Below are positions 45,600-54,620 of a stretch of 64,000 nucleotides of DNA, piece by piece. Numbering within the stretch: the first letter of the stretch is position 1; every line of letters starts with the position of its first letter. The position numbers and the translations under genes are program-made. The notes under the pieces are model-generated. The model saw only the letters and a list, made by a program, of their open reading frames with translations. It was not told the DNA's origin and did no database searches. Source of the DNA: a virus; the IMG/VR virus record IMGVR_UViG_3300034782_000062, positions 64,001 through 128,000 of that record. One strand, given 5' to 3'.

Positions 45600-46262
45600 A
45601 TGGCAAAGAAGAAGTCGCGAGGTCTCAAAGCTCTGGAAAAGACGCCAAGCGGGCGCAGTGCAGGTCCACGGGGCAAGCGTAGCGACTATCCTGGTGTCAG
45701 CTTCACTCCACCAAAAAGCGTTCAGGCTGCAGCTCGAAAGGGGATGAGGCTGCGTGAGAAGATGGCGAAGCGCCGATCTCGCCCTGGAGGCACTGAGATT
45801 GGTGTCGCTCGGGCAAGGCAGCTCGCAAGCGGAAAAGCCGTTTGGCCTCGAAGCGTCAGGCGGATGAAGGGATATTTTGCCCGGCATCGCGGCGATAAAA
45901 AAGCCAAGGGCTGGGGTGATAATAATAATCCGTCCCCAGGATACATTGCGTGGCTCCTTTGGGGGGGTGACGCTGGTGATCGCTGGGCCAAGAAGACCTG
46001 GGCGAAGATGCAGCGGGTCAAGAAAAACCCGGAGGGTGATATGGCAGTAGAAGCTCTGACAATCGTAGAAGGTCCGATGGCGAACTTCGAGGAGAACCCA
46101 GGACCATTGGACTGGATGCGAAACCGGGGCATCAACCCGGCATACGTCGGTGTCGGCGCTCTCGTCGGTGCCCTGTTCGATCGGAGTCTGGTTTGGGGTG
46201 GGCTCAAAGGAGCGCTTGTCGTTGCCGGCCTCAGCTACATCTGCGCTCAGTCTCGCCGTTAA
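45600..46262 (+). CDS. Conserved phage hypothetical domain plus C-terminal TM pair
   Basis: PP.SV..AAR.G..LR...GGT.IGVARAR.L...RM..YFARH...G.IAWLLWGGDAG..WA. Confidence 0.7.
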   Translation: MAKKKSRGLKALEKTPSGRSAGPRGKRSDYPGVSFTPPKSVQAAARKGMRLREKMAKRRSRPGGTEIGVARARQLASGKAVWPRSVRRMKGYFARHRGDKKAKGWGDNNNPSPGYIAWLLWGGDAGDRWAKKTWAKMQRVKKNPEGDMAVEALTIVEGPMANFEENPGPLDWMRNRGINPAYVGVGALVGALFDRSLVWGGLKGALVVAGLSYICAQSRR

Positions 46263-46266
46263 AGAC

Positions 46267-46291
46267 GAAAGCGGCCTTTCCGGCCGCTTTC
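46267..46291. terminator. Bidirectional terminator-like hairpin between convergent units
   Basis: GAAAGCGGCC-TTTCC-GGCCGCTTTC. Confidence 0.6.
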
Positions 46292-46486
46292 TCCAGATCG
46301 TGATCCCTGATCAGCAGGGGATGCAAAATTTGGGGCGCTTGGGAGCCCTCCGGTACCCCTCAGCCGTGGCTTACGAGGAACCGCCCGGACGTACTCGCCC
46401 GTGGGCCTGGTCACTACCTAGGCGTCCTCGCGCCCCAACGAAAGAATGGCACGCGCTCATCTATAATGTCAAGAGGTCAGAATTGG

Positions 46487-47233
46487 TTAGACTTGGCCAT
46501 AGCCGCTTGGCGCGGCCTCGATGTAGAGGTATCCGTTGTTTGTGTCTCGCTCCCAACGATTCGCGGTGACGATGCCGTAGGGGGCGACAGGACCGAAGAT
46601 TCCCGGAGCAGGAGCAGGTGTTCCTGGGGGGCATGGCCATACGTACCGGGCTCTGAAAACGTTTCGCTTTCGGGTGTTGAGTATCCACGGATCCAATGAG
46701 ACGATCTGTCCATCGACGGGAAGGCGAAGGAAGCGTCGGTAGCGGTTACCAATGTGCGGAGGGTAGGGGAGGTCAGGTCTTCTTCGGTAAGTGGAGTACT
46801 TTCCAAGCTCGATCTGTGCGCCGGCCGGGATTGGAGCTTTGAACTGGACGACCTTTCCTCTGGAGTCCAGCCAGTCGATTTCAGGCCACTGGTGGTAAAA
46901 CTCATCCCCAGGACGAGCATCCTCGATGTTGATATCGCCGATACTGCTGATGCTGGGGTCGCCGAGAAGCTCGGCATTGAGCGCCGACCGAAGCTCCAAC
47001 ACCGATGGTATAATAGATCCATTGTAGAAGAATGTGCTCACGACGAAGGCAAGCTCGGGCGTTGTCGAGTTCTGAACGTCGACCACCAGCACCCGAGCAT
47101 CATCGAATTCGAGCCATAGGATGTTGTCGAGAAGTGCTGTGAGAGCAGCGGTCGCTGCTTCTGCCTCGGTTTCCGTCGTGGGGATGGAGAATTCGTTTTG
47201 CCCAACAACGTTTCGTATCGTAATCGAAGACAT
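46487..47233 (-). CDS. Paralog 1 of a tandem triplet; carries the shared MSN N-terminal module
   Basis: SD GGAGG; aligns by eye with 47971 and 48732 over the full length. Confidence 0.8.
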   Translation of the reverse strand: MSSITIRNVVGQNEFSIPTTETEAEAATAALTALLDNILWLEFDDARVLVVDVQNSTTPELAFVVSTFFYNGSIIPSVLELRSALNAELLGDPSISSIGDINIEDARPGDEFYHQWPEIDWLDSRGKVVQFKAPIPAGAQIELGKYSTYRRRPDLPYPPHIGNRYRRFLRLPVDGQIVSLDPWILNTRKRNVFRARYVWPCPPGTPAPAPGIFGPVAPYGIVTANRWERDTNNGYLYIEAAPSGYGQV

Positions 47234-47242
47234 TCGATCCTC

Positions 47243-47971
47243 CTAGTGCTTCCCGAAGCCACAGGGTGATGGAACGACGATGAGTAGATTGCCTTGTAGT
47301 TGTTCCCTCGCCGAGGCAGTGGAAACGGTCACAGGGCTCAGTGGTCCCCGAACCCCGGCGCCTCCTGTGTTGTTTGCCAATGGCCATCTGAAAGCAAAAC
47401 GATAGTGAGCACGCCGCTTGGTCAGTATCTCCGTGCTGAGATCGCAGGTGGTTATGCCACGGGCCAACAGACGATCCGGCCTGTATCGCTTTCCTCGATG
47501 TGATGTGTAACCGGAGTGATCGCCCGTTGCATGACGAGTGTATTTGTGGACCTCGATCTGAGCCCCTGGCGGGATGTTGTCCTGAAGCTTGATGACACCA
47601 TTGACGGTATCGACGTATTCAAGGATCGGATAGCGGTTGTAGAAGCCACCCTCCGGTACCTTTTTGATGTCTATGCTTCCGATGCCTGTGACATCTGGGT
47701 AGCTGAGGAAAGCGTTTCGGATAGCCGACCGCAGGGACGCCGAGTTTGGGCAGATTGATCCCAGGTAGGTGATGCTTTCGACCACCGCAGCGATTTCTGA
47801 GGCAGCTCCTTCTGTGTTCACGACCTGGCAGGAGCAGCCGAGGTTGGTGAGATTGGCGATCCCGTTGATGATTCCGCTCACTGTGGTGTTGAGCGCGTCT
47901 ATTTCTTCATCGGTCGTAGGCATCTGGAAGACGCCTGTTCCGGTTATTTCTCGTATGAACAGGTTTGACAT
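47243..47971 (-). CDS. Paralog 2 of the tandem triplet
   Basis: Start MSNLFIRE after SD GGAGGAG. Confidence 0.8.
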   Translation of the reverse strand: MSNLFIREITGTGVFQMPTTDEEIDALNTTVSGIINGIANLTNLGCSCQVVNTEGAASEIAAVVESITYLGSICPNSASLRSAIRNAFLSYPDVTGIGSIDIKKVPEGGFYNRYPILEYVDTVNGVIKLQDNIPPGAQIEVHKYTRHATGDHSGYTSHRGKRYRPDRLLARGITTCDLSTEILTKRRAHYRFAFRWPLANNTGGAGVRGPLSPVTVSTASAREQLQGNLLIVVPSPCGFGKH

Positions 47972-47985
47972 TGGTCTCCTCCAGC

Positions 47986-48732
47986 CTATGACGTCTCGTT
48001 GTTGTAGCTCGATGGCGAAGCGACAATAACGAGCAAGCATCCTTGCGATCGCTCGCGATTGTTCGCCGTCGAGATGGTGAAGGCCGAAAGCGGTCCCCGT
48101 TGCCCTGGCCCATTTGACGGTGGCGGGTCGGGCCATCTGTAGGCGAATCTGAAGTGTGTTCGTCCTCCAGACGATGGACTTCTTAGGTCGTCGCTTGCGT
48201 CGTACTGAAGTCCGCCGACGGGGAGAAGTTGGTCGGGTCTCCAGCGCTTTCCTACCCGTGTGTACGGTCCATGTGAGCTGTTGTGAAGCTTCCGAGCGTA
48301 TCGATACACCTCAATCTGGGCACCGGGCGGAATCTCGTCTTTGAAGTAGATGATTCCGTTTCGGTTATCGACTCGGTCCACCTGTGGAACGTAGGTGTAG
48401 AGACGTTTGGGCTCAACGAGGTTCATGTTGAAGTCGCCGAGCCCGTCGATATTGGGGTGTGCGATGAGGGCTGTCATGATGGCGGTCCTAAACGCCGACA
48501 GGTTGGCTGGTATCCATGAGCCGTTGTAGGTAAAGGCGTCAGCGACGAATGTCATTTCTTCTGGATTGGGCTCGATGTCAACGATTTGGACGAGCGCTGT
48601 TTCGTAGCGGAGGCCAGCGACGCCGTTGAGAATTGCCTGAAGAGCTGCTGCTGCGTCGTACAGCTCAGTGTCGCTGGTCGGTATGGCAAATACCCCCGTG
48701 CCCACGACGTTGCGGACGATAAAGTTCGACAT
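47986..48732 (-). CDS. Paralog 3 of the tandem triplet
   Basis: Start MSNFIVRN after SD AGGAG. Confidence 0.8.
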   Translation of the reverse strand: MSNFIVRNVVGTGVFAIPTSDTELYDAAAALQAILNGVAGLRYETALVQIVDIEPNPEEMTFVADAFTYNGSWIPANLSAFRTAIMTALIAHPNIDGLGDFNMNLVEPKRLYTYVPQVDRVDNRNGIIYFKDEIPPGAQIEVYRYARKLHNSSHGPYTRVGKRWRPDQLLPVGGLQYDASDDLRSPSSGGRTHFRFAYRWPDPPPSNGPGQRGPLSAFTISTANNRERSQGCLLVIVASPSSYNNETS

Positions 48733-48741
48733 TTTCGTCTC

Positions 48742-49218
48742 CTAGTGGCGACGTCGCTCTTCGAGATACTTCAGTGCTTCTCGAAACGACCGGTTCCCAA
48801 GTGTGCAGCGATGCCGCTGCTTGATCTTTCTCAGGGCCTTCTTGTACGTCCACCCGAGCTGCATCAGGACCATGGCGACCATCAGGCCGCTCCGGTTCAT
48901 GCCCATGTTGCAGAAAACGACGACGCGGTGTCCTTGTTTTACGAGCGCCGCTATGGTGCTCGACGTTTCGATGAGCACTTCCATCGTTTCGGGATCGTTT
49001 CGGAAGTCCCAGTCCACGTCATCCATTTTGACCCACATGGACTCGAAGACTCCGAGGACGCTTTTCGGTGGTGGAATCTCTCGCGCCATGCTCACATAGA
49101 TGGTGAACAGTGGTTGGCTTGGGTCGATCGCCCGCTTGGACCCCATGTAGAGCCCATCGGTGATCTTAGAAAAGGCGGGGGCCGTGGCCATGTCCTCGAT
49201 GTAGCAGCTTTGTCCCAT
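48742..49218 (-). CDS. Dual-specificity / PTP-fold phosphatase
   Basis: Cx5R loop VFCNMGMNRSG, MDD acid loop, ITDGLYMGS N-terminal strand. Start at 49218 preferred (GAAGGA upstream). Confidence 0.82.
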   Translation of the reverse strand: MGQSCYIEDMATAPAFSKITDGLYMGSKRAIDPSQPLFTIYVSMAREIPPPKSVLGVFESMWVKMDDVDWDFRNDPETMEVLIETSSTIAALVKQGHRVVVFCNMGMNRSGLMVAMVLMQLGWTYKKALRKIKQRHRCTLGNRSFREALKYLEERRRH

Positions 49219-49305
49219 TTTCTGGTCCTTCCGCTCCTCGATCCAGGGGCCACGGACTGAGGATATGGTGCTGAGTTTACAATTATTTTGCCCGAACCTC
49301 AATTG

Positions 49306-49797
49306 TTACAGGATTGCGGCGTCCATCTTGGGGACATCTTCGAGTGGAATGTAGGCGAGACAAGTTTGTCTTCCCGCTGCGATGAAAGAGTGTATTCGGT
49401 GGCGTCCGTCAAGGAGAACGATGCCCTGCTCACCGGTCTTTTCGTCCTGGTCGGTGGCTCCAGCGATGATGATAGGTGTTGGGTCAAAGCCTCTTTGGAG
49501 AAGCGCGACGTACTTCGCGGTCAACGCCTTGTCCTTGTTGGACATCATCGGCTTCGCCTTCCCCTCGTGGTTGATGTAGACGTTGATGTACTGCTGCAAC
49601 TCCTTGGGGCGGACCTCGATGGTGACCCATTGTCCTGGTACGGGGGCGAAGTCATACATTACGTCGATGACTCCAGCCAGCTCGTCGGTGTCGATGTCCT
49701 GGGGCTTGCGAGTCTGTATCCATATGTCCAGGAATTCTGTTACAAGATCCATGGTTTGGTAGGCTTTGTCATCGATTCTACGGTACCAGAGTCCCAT
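49306..49797 (-). CDS. ParB/Srx-like domain protein
   Basis: FDPTPIII...LLDGRHRI. Confidence 0.6.
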   Translation of the reverse strand: MGLWYRRIDDKAYQTMDLVTEFLDIWIQTRKPQDIDTDELAGVIDVMYDFAPVPGQWVTIEVRPKELQQYINVYINHEGKAKPMMSNKDKALTAKYVALLQRGFDPTPIIIAGATDQDEKTGEQGIVLLDGRHRIHSFIAAGRQTCLAYIPLEDVPKMDAAIL

Positions 49798-49819
49798 GTG
49801 TTTGCTCCGTGATGTTCAG

Positions 49820-49848
49820 ATCGTAGGGTGTTGCATGTGCAATGTCAA
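49820..49848 (-). promoter_or_regulatory. Putative sigma70 promoter TTGACA-17-TACGAT (minus strand)
   Basis: Consensus -35 at 49848-49843, -10 at 49825-49820; a palindrome variant lies just upstream at 49857-49869. Confidence 0.65.
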
Positions 49849-50058
49849 CAGGTGTCCGTCTTCAGGATGGCTTGCTTTAAGTATGTTAATGTGAAAGGAT
49901 ACCGATGGAACGGCCTGGCTGCAGCCCCATGGCCAGCTCGTTAGTGAATCCCTCCTAAGTGTTTGAAAACAAAAATTTTGCTGCGTCAAACAGTGTTTGT
50001 TGTAGCAGATGATATACCGGGGAAAGCCTTGGATTCACAATTCGCGCACGCTCACTGC

Positions 50059-50097
50059 TTGGACGGCTCCGTGCCATGGTTTATCATCCTGAGGATT
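50059..50097 (+). promoter_or_regulatory. Putative promoter TTGGAC-17-TATCAT overlapped by the palindrome
   Basis: -10 at 50082-50087; palindrome at 50086-50096; drives the fibre-like operon. Confidence 0.6.
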
Positions 50098-50128
50098 ACT
50101 TATTGAGCTGAGCCAGGGGTGATCGTTC

Positions 50129-51733
50129 ATGTCGAACATCTTCATCACGGATATCGTTGGCTCGATCGGTATCCCGTCCAATGACACACAGCTCGCAAGC
50201 GCGACCTCGACCTTTGATGGCATTCTGAGCGGAGTCGCGAATCTCACCTACGATCGGGTCCTTGGCTGGGTTGAAGACCAGGCTGGTCCTGATGGGGCAG
50301 AGGGCGTCCGAACTCTCAACTGCATGGTCGAGAAGTTCACTTACCTCACCCAGGAGTGCCCCAGCGAAACCCAGGTCGATACGCTTGGTGCTGCTATTGA
50401 AGCCGCGCTCGAAGCAGACGCGAGCATCACGACCATCGGAGAGCAGCAGTACCACTTGTTTCAGACCGGCGCTTACTTTCTCTGGCAAAGAGACGCGGCG
50501 GGCGGGTTCCTCTATCCGGCGACGACGACTGATGATGTTGCGGTAGGTGGTCACGTCTCGCCGGCCGGTAAGTGGTTCGACGACGGAGACCTCGTCCTGG
50601 GGACGGACGCCATGGTCGGCGCCGAGCGGTTAAGAGTCGTGGGCGGTGGACGAATCGAGAAGTCCAGCTCGGATGCGATACCCGCTCTTTTTGTCCAAGC
50701 ATTCGGGAGTCACCCTGCGGCTCAGCAGGCTGCTTTGCTCGATGTTGATGTGAACTCGATTGCTTTGGACATTGATACCGAGGCGACGAGTAAGCCACTG
50801 ATCAATCTCCAGCCGCTTAATGCCAACACTCGCGGAGATATCGCCTTTGGTGTCACTAGGACGGCGGATCCGGCGAGCCCGATCGAAGGCGACCTCTGGT
50901 ACAACTCTACTGACAACTATTATCGATATTACGACGGTGCAGCAAATCGAACCATCGCCACGACGAGCGAGATCTACTGGAACCGTGATGGTGCGGGATT
51001 TATCTATGCAAAGACAGCAACTGACGACCTTTACATAGGTGGCTCCACCCCAAACGGTGTTTGGTTTGACGACGGAGATTTGGTAGTCGGTGGTTCGTCG
51101 ATGACGGGAACCGAGCGGCTCAAGGTCGTCGGCTCCGTTCTCGTCGACCAGGACAGCGACGCTTACGGCATCGATATCGACAGCGAGGCGACTGATAACC
51201 CGCTCATCAACCTTCAGCCCATCGTCACGAATGACCGCGGTGACATTGCCTTTGGCACGGCTCGAACATCCGACCCAGCGAACCCGGATGAAGGAGACGT
51301 CTGGTACAACTCGACGAACAAGTGTCTTTCCTACTGGGACGGCACTTACCGGCGTTGCCTTAACTCGCCTGGCCTGCTTGCTGGCGCCAACCAGGGCTAC
51401 TACGACGGCAACAACGACTACGCTCGTATCAGCGGGACGGGGTGGAAAGTCTACGGAAGCTGCTACTTCCCGGGGACGAATATTTCAACTCCTCAGCTAT
51501 TCCGCATCATCATGAGCCGAGCAGGCACAACGGGGAGCATCGACGTCAGGCTTTATGATTTTACGAACGCCCTGGAGATCGCGAGGGTGACCGTTAGCGC
51601 TAGCGGCAAGGCAACGTATACCGATACCACTCTCGCGAATCTTCCTGCAGCAGGAGCCATCTTTGAGGTGCAAGCTCAGAAGAGCGCAGGCGGCGCATCA
51701 AACGGTTACCTGCATTACTGGGAGTTCTACTGA
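50129..51733 (+). CDS. Fibre/spike-like virion protein with MSN module and internal repeats
   Basis: W.R...G.LYP.T.TDD and TRGDIAFG...EGD.WYN repeats; G/T/D-rich. Confidence 0.7.
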   Translation: MSNIFITDIVGSIGIPSNDTQLASATSTFDGILSGVANLTYDRVLGWVEDQAGPDGAEGVRTLNCMVEKFTYLTQECPSETQVDTLGAAIEAALEADASITTIGEQQYHLFQTGAYFLWQRDAAGGFLYPATTTDDVAVGGHVSPAGKWFDDGDLVLGTDAMVGAERLRVVGGGRIEKSSSDAIPALFVQAFGSHPAAQQAALLDVDVNSIALDIDTEATSKPLINLQPLNANTRGDIAFGVTRTADPASPIEGDLWYNSTDNYYRYYDGAANRTIATTSEIYWNRDGAGFIYAKTATDDLYIGGSTPNGVWFDDGDLVVGGSSMTGTERLKVVGSVLVDQDSDAYGIDIDSEATDNPLINLQPIVTNDRGDIAFGTARTSDPANPDEGDVWYNSTNKCLSYWDGTYRRCLNSPGLLAGANQGYYDGNNDYARISGTGWKVYGSCYFPGTNISTPQLFRIIMSRAGTTGSIDVRLYDFTNALEIARVTVSASGKATYTDTTLANLPAAGAIFEVQAQKSAGGASNGYLHYWEFY

Positions 51734-53163
51734 TGGCCGATTTTAAGCATTATCGCATCTACTGCGAAACCGAGGCTCAGTGGGTCCCTGAATGGGCTGA
51801 TACGCCGCCGACTGTGTGTCCGAACAATCCGGCTCATACGGTGAGGGCAGAGAGCGCTGCCGAGTTTGAGACAAAGCTGATTGTTCTTGTGGCTGAGCCA
51901 GATGGTCAGGGAGTCTTGGGTGGCCTGACAGGCTCTGGTGATGAAATGGAGCGCGTCATAGGTGCGGCGCGCGTCGAAAAGAGTACAGCCGAGACAGTTC
52001 CAGCTTTGACTCTCCAGTGTTCGACGGGCCATCCGACTGGCTATGGCTGCATGAAGCTGGACATGGATGTCGATGGTCCAACGCTTGAGCTGGACAGCGC
52101 TGCAACGGGTTATCCCGTTTTGGGGATCACATCACTGAACGGGAACACCCGCGGAGATATTGCTTTTGGAACGGGTCGTTCATCAGACCCATCTTCTCCA
52201 ACCGAGGGTGATCTCTGGTACAACGCGACGGACGATTACTACCGTTACCATGACGGCACCGAGGTCCAGACTCTCGGCCGGTTGAATGATATTCATTGGT
52301 CGCGTAACGCCGCTGGTTACGTCTATCCCAAGGTTGCGACGGACGACCTCTACATCGGTGGTTCCACACCAAACGGTGTTTGGTTTGATGACGGCGATCT
52401 GGTTCTTGGTGGCTCAGCAATGACCGGCACCGAGCGCCTGAAAGTTGTCGGTAGCCAGCTTATCGACCAGGATTCAAACGCTGTTTCTCTCGATATTGAT
52501 AGCGAGGCAACTGGAAGCCCGCTGATTAATCTTCAGCCCATCAACGCAAATACGCGTGGTGACATAGCCTTCGGTGTTACCAGGACGGCAGATCCAACGA
52601 CGCCGTCCGAAGGAGACTTCTGGTACGAGTCGACCTCGAAGGAGCTGAAGTTCAGAAAAGATTCTTCGACCGTCGAGGTTCGTGACGCGATCAAGCTGCA
52701 GGGCTACGCCGTCGCCACGACGGCGCCAACTGACGAGTATGTCCTTGCTTGGAATGCGACAGCTTCAGAATGGCAGCCGACCGCGATGGACGCTCTTCCT
52801 GGGCCTGACTATACCCAGGTTACATCAACGACAAACACCACGACGACATCTACAACGGATGTGCTGATGGCTGGCATGACGATGACGCCGGTAGCCGGTC
52901 AGTACACAGTGTTTTTCTCGACGACTTTGCAGCACTCAAATAACAACCAAACGGTTTATTTGTCGATCTATGCTGGAGGCGTTCAGGAAGCCTACTCAGA
53001 AAAAATGGTCCAAAGCCCTCGGTGGGTTAACGCGGGGTATGCTGGTTTTACTCAAGCCATCGTTACAGTGAACGGTTCGCAATCAATTGAGCTTCGATGG
53101 AGAACCACCAGCGGAACGGCGACGGCTCTTAGGCGATCGATGATGATCGTGAGGGTGTCCTAA
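51733..53163 (+). CDS. Fibre-like protein sharing repeat modules with the upstream gene
   Basis: 2x NTRGDIAFG..R..DP..P.EGD.WY; different N-terminus (YRIYC...W...P..CPNN..H). Confidence 0.7.
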   Translation: MADFKHYRIYCETEAQWVPEWADTPPTVCPNNPAHTVRAESAAEFETKLIVLVAEPDGQGVLGGLTGSGDEMERVIGAARVEKSTAETVPALTLQCSTGHPTGYGCMKLDMDVDGPTLELDSAATGYPVLGITSLNGNTRGDIAFGTGRSSDPSSPTEGDLWYNATDDYYRYHDGTEVQTLGRLNDIHWSRNAAGYVYPKVATDDLYIGGSTPNGVWFDDGDLVLGGSAMTGTERLKVVGSQLIDQDSNAVSLDIDSEATGSPLINLQPINANTRGDIAFGVTRTADPTTPSEGDFWYESTSKELKFRKDSSTVEVRDAIKLQGYAVATTAPTDEYVLAWNATASEWQPTAMDALPGPDYTQVTSTTNTTTTSTTDVLMAGMTMTPVAGQYTVFFSTTLQHSNNNQTVYLSIYAGGVQEAYSEKMVQSPRWVNAGYAGFTQAIVTVNGSQSIELRWRTTSGTATALRRSMMIVRVS

Positions 53164-53164
53164 A

Positions 53165-54604
53165 ATGGCTGATACCAAGTACACCTACAGCATCTCATCG
53201 GACTTTCCGAACAGGCAGGTGGACTCTGATAGCCTGACTGCGCAGATTGAAGAAAGCTCGATAAGCTCTGCCGCTCTCCTCTATATCGAAACAAACGGGG
53301 ATGACTGCGATATCTGGTTTGACGACCCTCTTTCTGGTGCAGACCAAACAACGCTCGCTGGAATTGTTTCGACTCATACCGGTTACCCTGGGGCATCACC
53401 AGAAAAAGGTGGCATTGTTTTCGTTCCGTTGGATAGCCCATCAGCTCCAACTGTGACACCTCAGGGCACACCGGGAACGACAACGTGGGGTTATAAAATC
53501 ACGGCGTTTAGTTCGTCTGGGGAGACGCTTGCTTCAACGGAGGGACAAACGACAACTGGGAACGCTACGCTCGACGCGACAAACTTTAACAGGGTGACAT
53601 GGGACGAGATCTCTGGTGCTGTAAAGTATGGAGTATACAGGGTTACAGCCGGTGGAACACCGTCGAGCACTGGAAAATTGGCCGAGACTACCGCGGCTGA
53701 TGGAGAGACTTTTGATGACACAGGTCAATCAGCTTATGATGCCGAACCGAGTGAAGATCGTTCGAGCGCAGTAACAATCGGTTCTGGTGATGCAACCCCC
53801 GGCAAGCTTCTGACGTTGCGCGAAGAGACGACCGACGATTCGACAGTGACAAGCCTGATTACTCTCGCACGTAGGTCACTCAACACTGTTCTCGCCGGTT
53901 TTGGAACAGGACTCTACACGAAGCTCGAAGACGAGGATGGGGATGATCGAGCTGCAGGCTCGCTGCACTTTCTCTGGGAGGACCCAGCGTCGACTGCGCT
54001 CGAAGCGGCATTTCGCGTCATGTTGCGTGATGGAGGATCTCAGACCGTCGAGCGCTTTCGCGTAACGCCTCAGGGTGGCATTCAGCTTTCCGGCACAGAT
54101 GTCATTGACGCCGGAACGTGCCGTCAGGTGCTTCCTGTCGATGGTGGTATTCGAGGCGGTACGACGTCGGGTTCGACAAACAACGACATCGCGGCGATTC
54201 GGTTCGATAACGGGGGCGATGGTTGGAACCGCGTCAATATCGAGCCGCCGACTCGGTATATCAGTGGAGACTTGACCTTCAGACTTTTTTGTTCGGTGCC
54301 ATCGTCGGTGCCGGCTAGTCGTGGGACGAGGTGGAGGCTCAACTGGAGTCTCAAGGATATTGGAGACGCGCTCGGCTCGTGGAGCTATACAAACGAGTTT
54401 ACCTACGACATCTCGGGTCAGACTCTCGATCAGATATTTGCGATCGATTTTACGATCCAGGCGTCTCAGTTCGACAAAACAAAAGACCTGCTGTGCATGA
54501 AGATGACACGGCTTGGAACGGACGCAGCCGATGACTGTGGAGTGCACATCTACGTGCACGGATTGGAGCTGCGTTTTAGTGGGTTTCGGTTTGCCGGCCA
54601 GTAG
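53165..54604 (+). CDS. Putative virion structural protein
   Basis: T/G/S-rich, FN3-like central strand pattern; lies in the structural operon. Confidence 0.6.
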   Translation: MADTKYTYSISSDFPNRQVDSDSLTAQIEESSISSAALLYIETNGDDCDIWFDDPLSGADQTTLAGIVSTHTGYPGASPEKGGIVFVPLDSPSAPTVTPQGTPGTTTWGYKITAFSSSGETLASTEGQTTTGNATLDATNFNRVTWDEISGAVKYGVYRVTAGGTPSSTGKLAETTAADGETFDDTGQSAYDAEPSEDRSSAVTIGSGDATPGKLLTLREETTDDSTVTSLITLARRSLNTVLAGFGTGLYTKLEDEDGDDRAAGSLHFLWEDPASTALEAAFRVMLRDGGSQTVERFRVTPQGGIQLSGTDVIDAGTCRQVLPVDGGIRGGTTSGSTNNDIAAIRFDNGGDGWNRVNIEPPTRYISGDLTFRLFCSVPSSVPASRGTRWRLNWSLKDIGDALGSWSYTNEFTYDISGQTLDQIFAIDFTIQASQFDKTKDLLCMKMTRLGTDAADDCGVHIYVHGLELRFSGFRFAGQ

Positions 54605-54620
54605 GCCGGAAGGTGGAGAG

